Assembly: GCA_965223415.1 (NCBI GenBank)
Contig: OZ245002.1
Location: 576,001 to 640,000 of the forward strand
Direction of reading: 5' to 3'
Length of the DNA: 64,000 nt
From: Myxococcota bacterium
Lineage (GTDB): Bacteria; Myxococcota_A; UBA9160; UBA6930
The notes below the pieces were generated by a model. It was not told the origin of the DNA. It ran no database searches and saw nothing but the letters and a program-made list of their open reading frames with translations. The stretch's first letter is position 1. Each line of letters starts with the position of its first letter. Position numbers and translations under genes: made by a program. This document shows, one piece after another, positions 60,208 through 64,000 of the stretch.

Positions 60208-61173
60208 CTACCAGGGCGCCCACATGTAGAGGAAGGCGGGCTGGGATCGGCTCTGGATCAGCTCCATCAGGCCTCCCGGCCCCGCGCTCGGCGTCTGGCT
60301 GGAGAACAGGTTCTCGCGGGTCTCCCCGGTTCGGTGGTAGACCACCACCCGCGCCTGCTCGAGGCCCGCCCGCTTCCGGGTGGCCGCCACCGCGTCCGGC
60401 AGGTCGCCGATGGCGTCGACGAGGCCGGCCTCCTTCGCCTGGGTGGCGCTGTAGATGCGGCCGTCGGCCAGGGCCTGGACGGCGGCCCGGTCGAGGTTCG
60501 GGCGGCCCTGGTCGACCACGTCGAGGAAGCCCTCGAACAGATCGGCCAGGATCGTCTCGAGCTGGGCCTGCTCCTCGGGGCGCATGGGGCGGAGCGGCGA
60601 GCCGGCGTCCTTGAAGGCGCCGGTGGTGAGCGTCTGGTTCGTCACGCCGACCTTCTCGAGGAGTCCGGCGACGTTTACGCCCGCCATGATCACGCCGATC
60701 GAGCCGGTGACGGCGCTCGGGTAGGCCCGCACCTCGTCGGCGGCCATCGCCACGTAGTAGCCGCCGGAGGCGGCGGTGCCCATGAACTGGGCGACGACCG
60801 GCACCTCGCGCTCGCGCTTGAAGCGCTGGATCTCGCGGTAGAGGATCTCGCTCGCGATCACCGTGCCGCCGGGGCTGTCGATGCGCAGCAGCAGGGCCTC
60901 GATCGCGTCGTCGTGGACCGCCCGCTCGAGCTGCTCGCGCACCCGGGCGACGATGCTCTCGCGGCCGCCGATGCCGAAGCGCCCGGGCTGGCCGCGGGTG
61001 GAGAGGGTGCCCGAGAGCTCGAGCATCAGGATCTTCGCGTCGCCCTCGCCGTGGACGGTGCGCTCGACGAACTCGCCGCCCCCGAGGAGCGGCACCTCCA
61101 GGGTGATGCAGCCGCTCGCGAGGAGCGACAGCCCGAAGACGAAGGCCAGAGCGATGCGCGTGGTGCCGATCAT
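60208..61173 (-). CDS. sppA: Signal peptide peptidase SppA (S49), probable lipoprotein
   Basis: LASGC lipobox, RIDSPGG, AASGGYY and GSIGV. Confidence 0.92.
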   Translation of the reverse strand: MIGTTRIALAFVFGLSLLASGCITLEVPLLGGGEFVERTVHGEGDAKILMLELSGTLSTRGQPGRFGIGGRESIVARVREQLERAVHDDAIEALLLRIDSPGGTVIASEILYREIQRFKREREVPVVAQFMGTAASGGYYVAMAADEVRAYPSAVTGSIGVIMAGVNVAGLLEKVGVTNQTLTTGAFKDAGSPLRPMRPEEQAQLETILADLFEGFLDVVDQGRPNLDRAAVQALADGRIYSATQAKEAGLVDAIGDLPDAVAATRKRAGLEQARVVVYHRTGETRENLFSSQTPSAGPGGLMELIQSRSQPAFLYMWAPW

Positions 61174-61303
61174 GTCGGATCCTCCGAAACGCCAGAGTCT
61201 GGAGCTTCCCGAAACGAGAGCGCGGAGCCAGGCCACGAGGACCTGACTCCGCGCTCCGCGACGTCTCTCACCCCCCTGATCGAGACGCCGCATGATGCTG
61301 CGC

Positions 61304-64000
<2,697 letters not shown>

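Overview
A high-GC, gene-dense bacterial chromosomal segment. A Myxococcota/deltaproteobacterial-type host is inferred from gene content such as the Myxococcus-type PilZ protein, but this is not proven. It carries about 60 mostly housekeeping or metabolic genes: a partial ybbN/cnoX-like TPR gene, polB, hemF, a NodIJ-like ABC exporter, arfB, an amidase, a Cpx-like two-component module, an ECF42 sigma/DGPF operon, xth, msrA, a YafY-type HTH-WYL regulator, a P450/oxidoreductase cluster, ssb-PilZ-radC downstream of an ECF/anti-sigma pair, moaC, lgt, ETF-QO, a complete phoBR-porin-pstSCAB-phoU locus, sppA and a partial class II RNR (nrdJ). No rRNA, tRNA, CRISPR array or prophage was recognised. The most interesting signals are non-coding. 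(1) AT-rich palindromic elements sit at gene 3' ends and supply stop codons; two unrelated proteins end in the same repeat-derived KKRGQS. (2) An IS5 and an IS630 element are stacked in one CTAG formed by the overlapping stop codons of two convergent genes. (3) A TANNNT-N6-start signature recurs in front of many genes, suggesting widespread leaderless mRNAs. (4) Tandem palindromic operators lie next to the WYL regulator. (5) A signal-peptide-bearing pyrophosphatase and an internally deleted aquaporin lie beside the pho locus. Product calls come from motif recognition by eye; no database searches were run.
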